Source of the DNA: a virus
Length of the DNA stretch: 64,000 nt
Virus record (IMG/VR): IMGVR_UViG_3300046517_002960
Location: 96,001-160,000 of that record
Strand: one strand, 5' to 3'
Of the stretch, positions 9,290-20,100 are shown piece by piece (position 1 is the first letter of the stretch; each line of letters begins with the position of its first letter). Position numbers and translations under genes: made by a program. A model generated the notes under the pieces. It had not been told where the DNA came from. It searched no databases and saw only the letters and a program-made list of their open reading frames with translations.

Positions 9290-10000
9290 CTAGGGGTGTA
9301 TGAGGCGGAGCGCATTGCCGCAGGCCCTTATCTCCAGCACCGCCAGGATGATCATCCCGGCGGCGAAACCTGCGGCCAGCCCGGCCCGGAGCGCGGTCCG
9401 GGGCCAGCCGCCCTGGCTGCCCCGCCGGGCGATGCGCTTGCGGACCGCCGGGACCCGGGCCGCCAGCAGCGGGGCCGAGGCCAGCGCGAAGCCTGCCCCG
9501 GCCGCGGGCGCGGGGAGCACGGCCAGGTGCAGGCCGGTCACCGCCCATACCGCCCAGGTCAGCGGTTTCTGCCATTTCTTCCAGTAAGCGCCGAGTGCCT
9601 TCTGCGCCGCGCTGTTCGCGGTTGCCGCCAGCGGGACCAGCAGCACCACGATCAGCGTCCCGGTCCACTCCCGCAGGTGGCCGGCCGCCGAGCCGCCTGC
9701 CAGCGCCAGGTCCAGCCCGGTGCCGCCGAGCACCGCCATCCAGAGCCCGTACCGGCGCCGCCACTGGCCGGGCCGCCGCAGCCCGGTCGCGGCGGCCAGC
9801 GGGGTGACGGCCAGCATGGCGAGCAGGCACCCGGTCGCGCCCAGCCCGAGGACCCGGGCGCCGTAGTCCTGCAGGCCCGGCGTCATGGCGGCCAGCGGCC
9901 GGAGCATGACCAGCAGCGGCACGGCCGGCCACAGGCACAGGGCCGCGCTGCCCGCGCGCACGGCGGGCTGGCGCGCGGGGATGATCCTCGCCGTGGTCAC
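9290..10000 (-). CDS. ferric-reductase-like (MsrQ/YedZ-type) multi-TM protein, degenerate
   Basis: LLAMLAVTPL, RRRYGLW, QKALGAYWKKW, terminal GLH match the family layout. Confidence 0.6.
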   Translation of the reverse strand: MTTARIIPARQPAVRAGSAALCLWPAVPLLVMLRPLAAMTPGLQDYGARVLGLGATGCLLAMLAVTPLAAATGLRRPGQWRRRYGLWMAVLGGTGLDLALAGGSAAGHLREWTGTLIVVLLVPLAATANSAAQKALGAYWKKWQKPLTWAVWAVTGLHLAVLPAPAAGAGFALASAPLLAARVPAVRKRIARRGSQGGWPRTALRAGLAAGFAAGMIILAVLEIRACGNALRLIHP

Positions 10001-10470
10001 GGGGAGCTCCCTGAGTCCGGCGGGAAGCCCGGGAGCGTGATCGTGATGACCGGCGCAGGCGTGCTCGGCGGCGGCGCCGGAGCGGGCGCGGGCGCTGAGT
10101 CCGTGGCTGCCGGAGCGGGTGCCGCCGTTGTGGTGACCGTGACCGTAACCGTGCCAGGCGAGCTCGCGGTCCCCGCGGATGAGGGTCCCGGCGAGCCGGG
10201 AGAGGATCCGGGGCTCGTGCCCGCCGGGACGCCGGAAGCCCCGGCGGACGCCGTCCGCGTGGCTGCCGCGGGGTAAGGCGCCGGGCGGGGTGCTGCCTGC
10301 GGCGGCGCGAGAGACAGGCCGGGCGCCACAGCCAGGCCGCGGCTGGCGAGGATCCCGGTGACCTGGCTGGACAGCGCGATAGTGATCGTCGCTGCGACGA
10401 TCACTATCGCGCAGCAGGCGAGCAGGGCGTACCAGGCGTACTGGTACCAGGGCCTGTCCCGGCGGACCAT
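9997..10470 (-). CDS. membrane-anchored Pro/Ser/Thr-rich protein
   Basis: N-terminal TM helix then low-complexity tail. Confidence 0.6.
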   Translation of the reverse strand: MVRRDRPWYQYAWYALLACCAIVIVAATITIALSSQVTGILASRGLAVAPGLSLAPPQAAPRPAPYPAAATRTASAGASGVPAGTSPGSSPGSPGPSSAGTASSPGTVTVTVTTTAAPAPAATDSAPAPAPAPPPSTPAPVITITLPGFPPDSGSSP

Positions 10471-10521
10471 CCGGGGGTGCCTCCCATCACAGAAGCAGCC
10501 GTGTCATTGACCTGTGAAGTG

Positions 10522-11319
10522 TCAGCCGCACCCGCCGCTGGCCGCCCAGGCCGAGTAACCCGACTGGGCGACTTCCTGGTAGTACGCCTGGTTCTGCTCC
10601 GCTACCGGGGCATCCTGCGGCAGCCCTGAGTGGCCCAGCGCGTGCCAGGTGCTGGGGAGGAACTGGTACAGGCCGCCGGCCCCGGATTCCGGGTTGACCG
10701 CGCGGGCGTTCCCGCCGGACTCATCGGCGATGATGTGCGACTGGCAGCCGCCGGCCCCGGTGTAGCCGGCGGCGAGGCTGGCGCGTGAGGCGGGCTGCCC
10801 GGATGCCGGGGTAACAGGACCGGCCGCGGCGGGAGCGGGTCCGCCGCGGCCGATGCTGGCACAGGATACGTCGTACCCGTCGCCGTCGCCGTCGCCGCAG
10901 TAATACGGGAATCCGTACGTAACGCCCCAGATCCGGCTGGCGCTGCTGGGGGGAGCCGCCGGGCTCGCGGGGCGCGTGCGCGGGCGGGTTTGCCTGGCTG
11001 CCGGCCGGGCAGCCGCCGCGGTGACGACGGCCCCCGAGGCGGCCTGCGCGGACGAGCCGGGGGCCGACGTCGCCACCGCGCGCAGGATGGCGCCAGCTGG
11101 CGCTGCCGCGCGGAGGATCACGCCGGATGGCGCCAGCGCGGCGCAGACGGCGACGGCCGCCGCCCAGGTGACCGCGGCTGCGGCCGTGACCTGCGGGCGC
11201 GCCGGAGCCCGTCTCCGCCTCCTGGCGTGACGTGCTTTCCGGCGCATGAGCATGCCGGTGTCCCTCCAGCAGGAAACCTGGCTGCCGGGAGCGTGGCACG
11301 CTGCTGCGGGCACGGGCAA
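10522..11319 (-). CDS. secreted transglycosylase (Rpf/lysozyme-like)
   Basis: IIADESGGNARAVNPESGAGGLYQFLPSTW...APVAEQN...WAASGGCG; real start probably the ATG near 11253. Confidence 0.85.
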   Translation of the reverse strand: MPVPAAACHAPGSQVSCWRDTGMLMRRKARHARRRRRAPARPQVTAAAAVTWAAAVAVCAALAPSGVILRAAAPAGAILRAVATSAPGSSAQAASGAVVTAAAARPAARQTRPRTRPASPAAPPSSASRIWGVTYGFPYYCGDGDGDGYDVSCASIGRGGPAPAAAGPVTPASGQPASRASLAAGYTGAGGCQSHIIADESGGNARAVNPESGAGGLYQFLPSTWHALGHSGLPQDAPVAEQNQAYYQEVAQSGYSAWAASGGCG

Positions 11320-11402
11320 TGCGCCAGGCGACCCGAATCACCGCGGTGCTGACGCGGTTCAGGAAGCCTCGTGACCCGGGTCAGCCCGGCCCGTGACCCG
11401 GG

Positions 11403-11651
11403 TCAGCCGCCGCCCCAGGCGATCGTCGCCACGGCCGCGGCCAGGACGACGACAGCCGCGGTCAGCACGGCGCACATGATCGTCATCCAGGTCTGCCGCC
11501 GCCGCATGTCGATCCTGGCGAGCTGGCGCTGGACTTCGGATTGCGACATGTGCAGCAGGCGGCCGATCTCCCGCTGGGATTTACCTGCGCTGCGCAAGCT
11601 GCGCAGCTGCTGCTTCTGCTGGGGCAGTGGGCCAGTCTGGGTCTGGGTCAT
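11403..11651 (-). CDS. HTH protein with C-terminal TM helix
   Basis: GKSQREIGRLLHMSQSEVQRQL then a hydrophobic helix. Confidence 0.7.
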   Translation of the reverse strand: MTQTQTGPLPQQKQQLRSLRSAGKSQREIGRLLHMSQSEVQRQLARIDMRRRQTWMTIMCAVLTAAVVVLAAAVATIAWGGG

Positions 11652-11748
11652 GTGCTCATACTGTACCGGGACGGCCTTTTACAGTATGCCCGGCCGGGCA
11701 CCTGTGCCGCTCCTGGTCAACGCCCCTGCAGGTGCCCCCGGCCGGGCC

Positions 11749-12045
11749 TCAGCGGGACCCGGGCCAGGAGTCCTCCTCGTCCAGCCCGGGGATGGCGAAC
11801 CCGGGGAGCACTACGCAGGCGTCCGGCAAGGTGGCGTTCTCCCGGAAGGTCAGCAGGAACTCCTCGCCGGGCCGCAGGGAAACAGGCTCGTCCGGTACCG
11901 CGAGCCAGGCTGCGCAGCCGGGTTCGTCGGCGTCCTCATCGCGCAGCGGGGTGCACGGGATCACCCGCCCGCGGTAGCACAAGATGATGCCCTTGGGCGG
12001 CGCAGGATTGGCCGGCGCAGGCCGGGATGACCACAGCCACCTCAT
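11749..12045 (-). CDS. hypothetical protein
   Basis: GTG after GAGG; globular-looking composition. Confidence 0.5.
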   Translation of the reverse strand: MRWLWSSRPAPANPAPPKGIILCYRGRVIPCTPLRDEDADEPGCAAWLAVPDEPVSLRPGEEFLLTFRENATLPDACVVLPGFAIPGLDEEDSWPGSR

Positions 12046-12099
12046 ATCTCGCAGGATACTCCCTGGCTGATGCTCCGGCCGGCCGGAGGATTCCCGGGG

Positions 12100-12930
12100 T
12101 CAGCCCTTGAAATTGCCGCCGAGGTTGACCCAGCTCCACTTGATCGGGCTGACCGGCGTGGTGTACGCGCACATGTCGCCGCCGGCGTTGATGTAAGTGA
12201 CCCGCATCCGGTCCCCGGCCGGGTCGTAGGCGATGCCCGCCCCGCCCTTGGCCCCGGACTGCTCGCCGTCCACCGCGGCCCATGAGCTGTCGCCGACCTT
12301 GATGTTGACCTGGCCGTTGCCGTCCCAGATCCCGGCCTGCCAGGGCCGGCCGCTGCCGTCGAACGCGACGTCTGCCATGAAAGTCCCTCCTGATGGTGAC
12401 GCGGAGCTCCCGCCCTGCTTCTTTGCCTTGTCGATGACGACGTCCATCGGGAACCCGGAGCCGCAGTCGTGATGCCCGGAGCCCCACGAGCCGAAGTTGA
12501 CGTGCTCGCAGATACCCCGGACGTTCGGGTCCTGAGCCTGATAGTCGTTGAGTACCGTCCAGGGGATCTTGTACTTGTCGACGCAGTAGCGGACCCATTC
12601 CGCCGCATTGTTGATGAGCGTTCCCTTAGAGCCGAGCCAGGTATCCCGCGACCATGAGGCGTAGGCGCACATCTCCAGGGAAAGGCACCAGTCATTTGCG
12701 CTTCCCTGGGTCCACGCTTTGTGGTTCTCATAGACGTACGCGCCGAAGACTCCGGCCTCGTAGTTGTCGGCGCCGTGGTGGCTGGAGCACTGGGCGGACG
12801 GGTTAGCGAACCAGGCGCCCAGATCCCGGATCTTCATCGCGCCTTCAGTCGTGTGAAGGACGATCTTGTTGTACGGTCCCCGGCTGGTTGAGTAGTGCGG
12901 GGACGGCATCCAGATTTCCTGGAGGGCCAT
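12100..12930 (-). CDS. endolysin, N-acetylmuramoyl-L-alanine amidase (Amidase_2)
   Basis: IVLHTTEG, CSSHHG, AWTQG, LSLEMC, HHDCG. Confidence 0.9.
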   Translation of the reverse strand: MALQEIWMPSPHYSTSRGPYNKIVLHTTEGAMKIRDLGAWFANPSAQCSSHHGADNYEAGVFGAYVYENHKAWTQGSANDWCLSLEMCAYASWSRDTWLGSKGTLINNAAEWVRYCVDKYKIPWTVLNDYQAQDPNVRGICEHVNFGSWGSGHHDCGSGFPMDVVIDKAKKQGGSSASPSGGTFMADVAFDGSGRPWQAGIWDGNGQVNIKVGDSSWAAVDGEQSGAKGGAGIAYDPAGDRMRVTYINAGGDMCAYTTPVSPIKWSWVNLGGNFKG

Positions 12931-13013
12931 GCCGGCGGCTCCCTTGGTGCGGAGAGCCCGGCTCCCGGTAGGCCGCGGGCGAGATGAAGATGGTCAGGTC
13001 AAGCGTAGCCGGG

Positions 13014-13271
13014 TCACGGCCCGGCGCCGGGGAACCTCTCCCGGTAGAGCCGCAGCCGGGCGGCGAACCGGGGATCCCCCTCCGCGGCGTTCCACGGCTC
13101 GGCCTGCTGGCCGTCCGGCGGCGGGTCGCCGGACGGGTCCGGCAGCTCGAGCTCGATCTCGCCGGCGTCCAGCTCGTCGCTGGTGAACGCCGCGCCGTAC
13201 CGGACGAGGCGCCGGCCGCCGTGGCGGTGGCGGCGCAGCCTGTTCCCCATGGGCATGGTTTCCCCTTTCAC
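13014..13271 (-). CDS. hypothetical protein (lysis region)
   Basis: ATGA overlap with the upstream TM gene. Confidence 0.55.
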   Translation of the reverse strand: MKGETMPMGNRLRRHRHGGRRLVRYGAAFTSDELDAGEIELELPDPSGDPPPDGQQAEPWNAAEGDPRFAARLRLYRERFPGAGP

Positions 13272-13477
13272 TTGCGGTTCCCGTTGCCGTTACGGGCACG
13301 GGAGCCGGTAATCAGCCAGACCAGCACGGCGATGCCGCCGACCGCCAGCCAGGATCCGGTCATGACCATCAGGTCCCAGCCTGACAGGTGCGCGGACCCG
13401 GCTGTGATCAGGTCAGCACCGAAGTTGAGCAGCGACAGCGCGAAGATCAGCAGCCAGAAGGTCCGCGGGCTCAGCAT
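13268..13477 (-). CDS. two-TM holin candidate
   Basis: Two TM helices, basic C-terminus, next to the endolysin. Confidence 0.55.
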   Translation of the reverse strand: MLSPRTFWLLIFALSLLNFGADLITAGSAHLSGWDLMVMTGSWLAVGGIAVLVWLITGSRARNGNGNRK

Positions 13478-13499
13478 GGCAGGATTCCTCCGGGCATGG

Positions 13500-14930
13500 T
13501 CAGAACTTTCCGGGGTACATCGCGGCGATGACCGTGGCCATGTCCTGCCGGGCGCCCTGCAGCGGGGTCAGGGTGGCCGTGTCGGTATCGTCATCGAACT
13601 CGTACTGGCCGGTCATGAAGATCACCGGCCCGGCGGTCACCTCGCCGCCGTACGGCGCGTCCGCGACCATGACCTGGACGAGCGTGCCGGCTTTCTCGCA
13701 GCCCAGGTCGACCGGGAACCCGCCGGCGTTGAGCAGCTGGCCCGGCCCGACCGTGAACGGCCCGGCGAAGCTGGCCCGGACGTACTTGGCCAGGATGTTG
13801 TTCCCGATCTGGGTCACCTGGGAGACGGTCAGCACCCCGGCCGAGCTGGTATCCAGGTAGTACTCCATCGGGCCGTGGCGGAGCACCGAGCTGGCCTGGG
13901 TGACGGTGAGGGTCGCGTAGACGGCAGGCACCGCCTTGGTGGTGGAGGTGGCCTGGATGTCTGTGCTGACCTGGTAGCGGATGACCAGCGTGTTAATGTC
14001 GGCGTTGATCGTCCGCGGCACCGGGGTGTGGCTGATGAGGAGCCGGCCGACCGGGTACTGCAGGGTGCCGTACACGTCGGCGGGCAGCCCGAACACCTGC
14101 AGCTGCCATGGCCCGGCCGGGGCCTGGGTCACGCCTGGCGGGGTGACCATCCAGGTCAGCGCGCCGCCGGAGCAGAGCAGGTTCAGGAACGCCGCGATCG
14201 TCTGCGCGCCGGAGTCGACCTGCTGGGACAGGTAGATGCCCAGCGGCGTGCCGATCCCCGGGTTGGACCAGCGCAGCCCGCGGCTGATGGCCTGGTTCAC
14301 CGGGTCGTCGGCGTTCCACGTGGTGTAGAGCGCGGTGAAGTCCGCGCCGTAGGTGCCCGCCCCGTGTGCCGTGACTGCCCAGCCCTCGGTTCCCGGCTGA
14401 GGCTCGTCCAGCTTGCCTTCCCAGACGCAGTTGGCGCCGCGGAAGACCTGCACCACCCGGCCCGGGTTGAGGGCGTCGGTGCGGTAGTCGGGCGGCAGCC
14501 GCAGCAGGCAGCTCATGTGGTCCGGGCCGCCCGGGCAGGTGAAGCTGTACTTCAGCGCGGACACGTGGCCGAGCGCGCCGAGCCACCGGGGGCTGGTCGG
14601 CGACGGGACGCTTACCGCGGTGTCCGGGCTGCCCGGCTGGGCCTGCGGGGCCGGGGTGAAGAACACGTTGGAGAAGCCCGCGAACGGCGCGGACACCGCC
14701 GCCACGGTGAACAGCGTGGGTTCCTTCAGGGTCCCGCTGGTCCAGAGCCGGAAGTCGTCGCCGGGCAGCACGCCCGCTGCCTGCGCCGGGGTCAGGACGA
14801 GGTAGCTGAACCCGGCGTAGCCTCCGGCCCAGCTGCCGGCGAGGCCCCCGCCGGACAGGGCGGATGACCAGGCGGGCCGCTGCGGGACGAACGTACAAAC
14901 TTGTGAGGCAGAAGCGCGCTCCAGGGCCAT
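13500..14930 (-). CDS. minor tail protein (hub/Tal-like)
   Basis: FTCPGGPDHMSC...VWEGKLDEP pattern; position after tail fibre genes. Confidence 0.7.
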   Translation of the reverse strand: MALERASASQVCTFVPQRPAWSSALSGGGLAGSWAGGYAGFSYLVLTPAQAAGVLPGDDFRLWTSGTLKEPTLFTVAAVSAPFAGFSNVFFTPAPQAQPGSPDTAVSVPSPTSPRWLGALGHVSALKYSFTCPGGPDHMSCLLRLPPDYRTDALNPGRVVQVFRGANCVWEGKLDEPQPGTEGWAVTAHGAGTYGADFTALYTTWNADDPVNQAISRGLRWSNPGIGTPLGIYLSQQVDSGAQTIAAFLNLLCSGGALTWMVTPPGVTQAPAGPWQLQVFGLPADVYGTLQYPVGRLLISHTPVPRTINADINTLVIRYQVSTDIQATSTTKAVPAVYATLTVTQASSVLRHGPMEYYLDTSSAGVLTVSQVTQIGNNILAKYVRASFAGPFTVGPGQLLNAGGFPVDLGCEKAGTLVQVMVADAPYGGEVTAGPVIFMTGQYEFDDDTDTATLTPLQGARQDMATVIAAMYPGKF

Positions 14931-15230
14931 CTAGCTGCCGCCCCAGAACTGCGACGCGTTGGCCTTGTAGTCCAGCTGCGGCGCGGGCGGCCCGCCTTCG
15001 TACCCCGTGTTCAGGTCGTGGTGCTGGTCCAGGGTGGCGATGAGCGCGTCGGCATCAGCCTGGGTCATGCCGAGGCCGTCCGGGAAGGCGGCGGTCAGGA
15101 ACACCTCGCCGCCCATCGCCGCGATGTAGGCACGCTGGTCGGCCAGCCGGGTGAAGCTGTCCCGGACCCCGGTGAGCAGCGTGCCGAGCGTGGCCAGGTA
15201 AGTCCCCGGGTTCGGGACGTTGGTGGCGAT
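14931..15230 (-). CDS. small tail-associated protein, apparent AUC start
   Basis: 100-codon frame (I)ATNVPNPGTYLATLG...FWGGS*; in-frame TGA two codons upstream; AGGGAAG 9 nt before ATC. Confidence 0.6.
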   Translation of the reverse strand: MATNVPNPGTYLATLGTLLTGVRDSFTRLADQRAYIAAMGGEVFLTAAFPDGLGMTQADADALIATLDQHHDLNTGYEGGPPAPQLDYKANASQFWGGS

Positions 15231-15247
15231 AGGTCATCACTTCCCTG

Positions 15248-17089
15248 TCAGATGAGCGAGAAGATCCCGTGGCAGTCGATGGAGCTCACGGTGGTGGCGT
15301 TGACGCCGAAGACGGTGACGGAGCCGTCCGTGTTGAAGGACATCGTGGGGGGCCAGTTACCCGACAGCGCGTTCTGGGTCCCGATGACGGGGAGCAGCTT
15401 GCGCCCGGAGGCCGGGGTGTACCCGGCCGGCAGCGCACCCGCGGCAAGCACCGCGGTGCCGTCGCTCTTGGTGCCGATCAGCCGCAGCGAGATCGACACC
15501 TCCACGCTGCCGGTGGGCAGCAGCCGGTACTTCTTCCACCCGCCCGAGCCGAGACCCCAGCCGTTGGCGCCGGGCGGGAAGTCGTGCCAGGTCTCCGCGG
15601 CCGAAGGGCTCGTCCCGGGCTGCACGGCGGTGACCGGCCCGGTGTACCCGGCCGCGAACGCGTTCCCCGCCGTGTCGGTCCCCGCGGCCGGCTGCAGCGC
15701 GGCCAGCAGCACGCCCGCGGTGAAGTAGGTGATGACGACCTTGCCGTCCGCGCCCCCGCCAGCCTGGACCGGCGCGGCGCCGGTATGCCAGTTGACGGTG
15801 ATCAGCGGGTTCTGGCCGTTATCGCCGCCCGCGCCGTACGCGGAGCCGTAGTTATTGAGGTTGAACGAGCTGCCCGGGCCGAGCGAGACGGACTGGGCGG
15901 CCCCGCTCTGCAGCGCGCTGCCGAGGCCCTGCCCGGTCAGGTCGGTGGTGACCGTGCCGCCGACGTTGCCCTGCCACCAGGTCTTGATCCCGGTGATCCC
16001 GCCCGCGTTCCAGCTGGACGGCAGCGACGACCGGTTCGTGTAGCCGAGGATGACGTACGCGCCGTTGTTGTACCAGGTGTGCGTCCACTCAAGCCGGATG
16101 GAGACCTGGTCGATGGTCTTGCCGGACAGGTCGCCCTGGGGGTTCCCGCCGATGATGCCCAGGGCTTTCTGCGTGCCGTTGTACGACCCGCCTGAGGCGG
16201 TCTCGCCGCCCTGCCACATGGTCCCGTCCGCCCTTTTCTGGTTGGCGTTGCCGCCGGTCGCGTCCGACCCGAAGTAGGTGGCTGAGCTGTTCAGCCGGTA
16301 GGTGCTCGTGCCCGAGGTGGCCGCGGTGGCCGCCCCGGCGCCCCCGCCGCCCGCGCCCGGTGTCGACCCGTTGCTCCCGTTGGCCCCGCTGGCGCCCCCG
16401 TTCCCGCCGCCCCCGGTGCCCCCGGACGCTCCGGACGACCCGGATGACGTGATGCCGTTGGCTCCGGATGCGTTCGGACCGGCCGGTGCCCCGCCGCCGC
16501 AGCCGCCGGTTCCCTGGCTGCCGTTCCCGCCGCCGTTCCCGCCGTGGTTCTCGATGGTGCCCGTGCCCGGGCCGCCGTGCCCGGCCGTGCCGCCGCCGGG
16601 ACCCCCGGTGAAACCGCTGCCCGCCCCGCCGCCGTTGGCGAACACACCTCCCGTGGTCGTGCCGCCGCCCCCGGAGGAGGTATCGAACAGCGTCGCGCCG
16701 CCGTCCTGCCCCCCGTTCCCGGTGGTCCCGCCGGAGCCGCCGTTGCCGACGATGTAGCTGTATGTCACCCCTGGCACCACCGGGTAGGCGGGCTCGCTGG
16801 CGTATTCTCCGCCCCCTCCGCCTTCGCCGCCGCGGGTCGACCCGCCGCCGCCCCCGCCCGCGCCGGCCCCCCAGCATTCGATTTTGGCTGCTGTCACGCC
16901 GGCCGGGCAGGTCCAGGTGTACGTCCCGTTGCCCGCCTGGGTGACCTGGCCCTGGTTCTGCCCGTAGGTCAGCGCGGGCGGCGCGGCCGGGTGCGCGGAC
17001 AGGTGCGCGGCCAGCCGGGCTTCGACGTCGGCGGCCTTGGCGTGCGCGGTTGACGGGAGCAGGCGGGGGTCCTGGCCGGGGTTCGTCAT
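15248..17089 (-). CDS. glycine-rich tail fibre / receptor-binding protein
   Basis: CWGAGAGGGG and GGEYASE motifs; C-terminal fibre-like domain. Confidence 0.8.
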   Translation of the reverse strand: MTNPGQDPRLLPSTAHAKAADVEARLAAHLSAHPAAPPALTYGQNQGQVTQAGNGTYTWTCPAGVTAAKIECWGAGAGGGGGGSTRGGEGGGGGEYASEPAYPVVPGVTYSYIVGNGGSGGTTGNGGQDGGATLFDTSSGGGGTTTGGVFANGGGAGSGFTGGPGGGTAGHGGPGTGTIENHGGNGGGNGSQGTGGCGGGAPAGPNASGANGITSSGSSGASGGTGGGGNGGASGANGSNGSTPGAGGGGAGAATAATSGTSTYRLNSSATYFGSDATGGNANQKRADGTMWQGGETASGGSYNGTQKALGIIGGNPQGDLSGKTIDQVSIRLEWTHTWYNNGAYVILGYTNRSSLPSSWNAGGITGIKTWWQGNVGGTVTTDLTGQGLGSALQSGAAQSVSLGPGSSFNLNNYGSAYGAGGDNGQNPLITVNWHTGAAPVQAGGGADGKVVITYFTAGVLLAALQPAAGTDTAGNAFAAGYTGPVTAVQPGTSPSAAETWHDFPPGANGWGLGSGGWKKYRLLPTGSVEVSISLRLIGTKSDGTAVLAAGALPAGYTPASGRKLLPVIGTQNALSGNWPPTMSFNTDGSVTVFGVNATTVSSIDCHGIFSLI

Positions 17090-17161
17090 GATGCAGCCCT
17101 CAGATCAACCGGATCGTGCGTCGGCTGACGTGGGCTCACGTAGAGTGATGTGGTACTCATG

Positions 17162-20100
17162 TTACGAAATCCGATCGGAGTACCATCGTGGGAGATATGA
17201 CACTCCAAGGTTCGGAGCACCAGTAGGGCTGTACGCGAGGAAGACATTATCTCCTGGGGTTAGATAGAATGGGCCGCCACTTACGATGCAGGAGTCCAGC
17301 ACCGAGATGGCCTGGCTCCGGTCCAGGTTGGAGCCCATGATCCGGCCGAGGTCCCGGTCCGAGGTGGGCTCATCAATGAAGAAGTTGGTGTATGCGTTAC
17401 CGGGGGAGATGTTGAGTATCACGGTCTGTCCCTGGGTATCGAGGAACAGCACGTCCAGGAACTGGTCATTCTGGTCGGTGTCACTTACCGATACGGCGTA
17501 GTACGCGCTGGTATTAGAGGGGTCCATGTCCTTGACGGGAAGCGTGATCTCGCCCATGATCACGACGCCGTTGACGATGTCCGTGGCCGGCGTCACCGAG
17601 CGGGTCAGCTGCGTGGTCCAGACCGGGCCGCCGGCGTACTCGTACTGGTAGACGGTCAGCGTGATCTGCCGGGCGGAGGACGGGCTGTCCCAGGTGAAGT
17701 TCATCAGCACGGCCGAGTAGGTGCCGCGGTACAGCGAGTTGGTCCCGGCGATCACCTGCGGCACCGCGTACTGGCGGCCGTCCGGGTTGTCCGCCGGGTA
17801 GACCGGCACGCACGGGTTCAGGTTCTCGGGCGCGTCCGGGCCGGGCCGGTGCGCGATCAGCGTCCCGAACGGGGCCAGCGGCGGGGTCCAGGTCAGGAAG
17901 ACCGCGCCGCCGCCGCCGGCTCCGCCGAGCTGCGCGGTGGTGCTCATGTCCGCGCCGCCGCCCCCGCCGCCAGGGGGTGAGTTGGTGCTGCCCGGCTGAT
18001 CGGCCGCGGGCGCGCCGTCCGCGCCTTTGCCGCCGCCGGTCACGGCTGCCGCGCCGGCCTGGCTGGTGGCCGCGGTGCCCGCGCTGGCGAACCCGCCCGA
18101 CGCGCCGCCCCCGCCGCCCAGCAGGGTCGTAGACCAGCCCGCGCCGCCGGGGAAGTGCACCGCGTTGGCCGAGCCGGATCCGCCGGCGCCGCCCGCGGTG
18201 GCGTTGAGCGCGGCGCTGGCCCCGCCGCTGGCCCGGACCACGGTCCCGGTCGTGCCCGCCGAGCCGAACGTGGTCTGGCCGCCGGCTACCGGGCTGCCCG
18301 CCGCGATAATGTAAGTCAGCCGGACCTGGCCGATCGCGCCGTTTCCCCCGCCGCCGTTATATGCGGTGGAGAACCCCCCGCCGCCCCCGCCGCCCGGGCC
18401 GCCGCCCGCGCCCGGCCAGCCCGAGGCCGGGGCTCCGGCGCCGCCCGCCCCGCCGCCGGATACCGCGCTGGCCCCGGCACCGCCCGCGGTGGCCCCGCCT
18501 GCCCCGCCCGCGCTGCCGCCCGCGCCCGTGCCCCCGGATCCGCCGCCGCCCCCGCCGCCCTGCCGCGGTGCGGTCCCGCCCGCGCCCCCGGAGAAGTGGG
18601 TGCCGTTAGTGCTGCCGGAGCCTCCCGCGCCTCCTGTGGTCCCGCCGAGCAGCGCGCTGGCGCCGCCGTGCGCGGTGACCACGGTCACGGTGGTCGCCGC
18701 CGACCCGAACGTGGTGCTGGCGCCGCTGCGCTGGCTGACGGTCCCCTGGCCGGACAGCCCGCCGCCGCCGGACCCGCCGGACCCGGTGGTGAACGGGACC
18801 CGGGTGCCGGCCGTGACGGGCAGCGCGGATTCCGCCGCGTACTCGCCGCCCCCGCCGCCGCCCGAGCCCGGGCCGCCGCCCGCGCCGCCGCCCCAGCACT
18901 CGGCCTTGACCGTGGTGACCCCGGCCGGGACCAGCCAGCTGCCGGCGCCGGCCGAGGTGAACGTGATGACGTGCTGGGTGTCACCGGAGGACCCGGCCGT
19001 GCCGCAGGAATACGGGACCGGGGTGCCAGCCGCGACGGTCAGCGCGTTCTCCCGCGCGTACTCGCCCCCGCCGCCCCCGCCGCCCAGCCCGGCGGTGGTC
19101 CGGCTGGCCCCGGCGCCGCCCGCTCCGGTGGCCTCGGCCTGGACGCTGGTCACGCCCAGCGGCGGCCACCACACCCCGGTGCCTGTCAGCTCGGTGCTCA
19201 CCGGCCCGGCCTGCGGCAGCTGGAACTGCGCTGAGAACGGGGTCCGGGCGGTGCCGGCCGCGCCCATGACCTGGTAGATGGTGCCGCGCTGGGAGGCCGG
19301 GGAGGACAGCGAGGACGGGTTGGCGATCACGTCGTCCAGCCAGGCGTGCAGCCGGATCAGCACGGTGGAGCCCTTGTAGACGAAGTTGGAGATCCGCACC
19401 GAGTAGGCCGTGATGCCCGCGTAGTTGAACCCGGCCGCGCCCTGCGGGATGTTCGCGGTGTGCCGGGTCCAGGCCGGGGTGCCCGCCGAGTTCGACCAGC
19501 GCTGGCTGTTGTAGGTGCGGGAGAACCGCAGCGTGTGGCCGCCGTTGTCGGTCAGCGTCCAGGCCAGGGTCAGGTTGACCTTCATGGCCGGCCACGGGCC
19601 GAAGTGAGCGGTGTCGTAGCTCAGCCCCACCCACGCGGACAGCACCGGCAGCCCGGTGATGTTCAGCGTGCCCAGCCCGGACCGGGTGTAGGTGCAGACC
19701 GTGCCCCAGGCGGCGGCCGGCGGGGTCCAGTGCGCCGAGGCCGGGCCGTTCACGAACTGGGTGGAGCTGGAGGACCAGTTCGTCCCGGAGACGGTGCCGA
19801 AGGTATCCAGCGTGACCGGGGCGGGCGGCGCGGCGAGGCCGCCGAGCAGCGGGGAGGCGAACGCGACCTGCTGCAGCCCGTCCGTGTCTGACCGGCCGTA
19901 CGGCAGCGCCTGGAAGTGCAGCGTGACCACGGTGATCGGGTCCTGGTTCATCAGGAACCCGTAAGTGATCGTGGCGGGCAGCGCGCGGAAGCAGTCGAAG
20001 ACCAGCGGCAGGCCGCTCGCCACGGGCGTCCAGGTCAGTGTCCAGGTCTGCTGGTCGGTGACGGACATCAGCAGCTCGCGGGCCGCGTTCATGGTCGGGA

